From positions 1 to 34,748 of the forward strand of contig CATZDQ010000001.1 in assembly GCA_958417695.1 (NCBI GenBank): a DNA stretch of 34,748 nt, in the 5' to 3' direction. Each line of letters starts with the position of its first letter. Position 1 is the stretch's first letter. The notes beneath the pieces are model-generated. The model worked only from the letters and a program-made list of their open reading frames with translations, was not told where the DNA came from and searched no databases. Source of the DNA: an uncultured Clostridiaceae bacterium. Lineage in GTDB: Bacteria; Bacillota; Clostridia; TANB77; CAG-508. The position numbers and the translations under genes were made by a program. Positions 34,387 through 34,748 of the stretch are shown here, one piece after another.

Positions 34387-34748
34387 AATAGATAAGAATT
34401 TATTAAGAGAAATATCAGATACAAAGGGAACTTACACAGGTGCTTATAATATTCGAAAAAATGGTAAGGGAATTGAAAGGAAGATAACAGATAATATTAA
34501 TATAGTTACAAAGACAGATGTTTCTGGTATTGATATTTTTGTAAAAGAAAATACGAAATTAGAATTTGTGCATATTCCAGTAATTATTACACAAAGTGGT
34601 TTGACAGATGTTGTGTATAATGACTTTTATATAGGAAAAAATGCAAATGTAGTAATTATTGCTGGTTGTGGTATTCACAATGACCACCATAAAGATGCAA
34701 GACATGATGGTATACATAGATTTTTCTTAGAAGAAGGTGCTAAGGTTA
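34379..34748 (+). CDS. SufB/SufD-family Fe-S assembly protein (5' part; runs off the window)
   Basis: AGGAGG RBS 8 nt before ATG 34379. ...VIIAGCGIHNDHHKDARHDGIHRFFLEEGAKV resembles the SufB/D beta-helix core. Open to the end of the window. Confidence 0.7.
   Translation, partial: MDEIDKNLLREISDTKGTYTGAYNIRKNGKGIERKITDNINIVTKTDVSGIDIFVKENTKLEFVHIPVIITQSGLTDVVYNDFYIGKNANVVIIAGCGIHNDHHKDARHDGIHRFFLEEGAKV

Noticed and set aside
1-34748. A search for CRISPR arrays, tRNA or rRNA genes, IS elements, integrases and long terminal inverted repeats.
   Set aside because: I recognised none by eye. The only repeats found are short (11-21 nt) or are protein-domain repeats inside the adhesin gene.

Overview
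This window is a low-GC (about 30%) chromosomal segment from a spore-forming Firmicute of clostridial type. I found no rRNA, tRNA, CRISPR array, transposase or integrase. Most of it is core.

Core content:
- Fermentation genes: ldh and pflB-pflA.
- The rpsF-ssb-rpsR operon.
- A DEAD-box helicase, a P-type ATPase and sufC/sufB.
- A strong sporulation signal: yyaC, a spoIVFA/spoIVFB-like M23 peptidase plus site-2 protease pair, a possible Spo0E-like mini-ORF, spoIIID, and the block yabG-veg-SipL/SpoVID-like-yunB.

Accessory or unusual content:
1. 8.0-12.7 kb holds a surface island. It contains a thioester-domain-like, SpaA/CnaB-repeat adhesin whose LPQTG sorting signal is cut off by in-frame stop codons. 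It also contains an orphan pilin-like protein lacking Glu5, with a coiled coil and a discoidin-like C-terminus, a patatin-like lipase, and a small orphan gene with clearly higher GC than its neighbours.
2. 18.7-21.7 kb holds a putative DNA-repair module of unknown mechanism. A radical-SAM/HhH protein and a DUF4130-like partner sit behind a near-consensus promoter with an SOS-box-like palindrome. A fused double MazG pyrophosphatase is transcribed divergently.
3. At least five decayed or interrupted genes lie in 35 kb: a yyaC frameshift, the adhesin tail, a CofE-like remnant, a gene with an in-frame TAG, and an HExxH protease remnant.

I do not see a clear-cut, self-contained novel system such as a defence island. 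The two modules above are the best candidates for uncharacterised biology.

Functional calls rest on motifs I read by eye and on recalled family signatures, not on searches. Start codons were refined by hand from RBS spacing.
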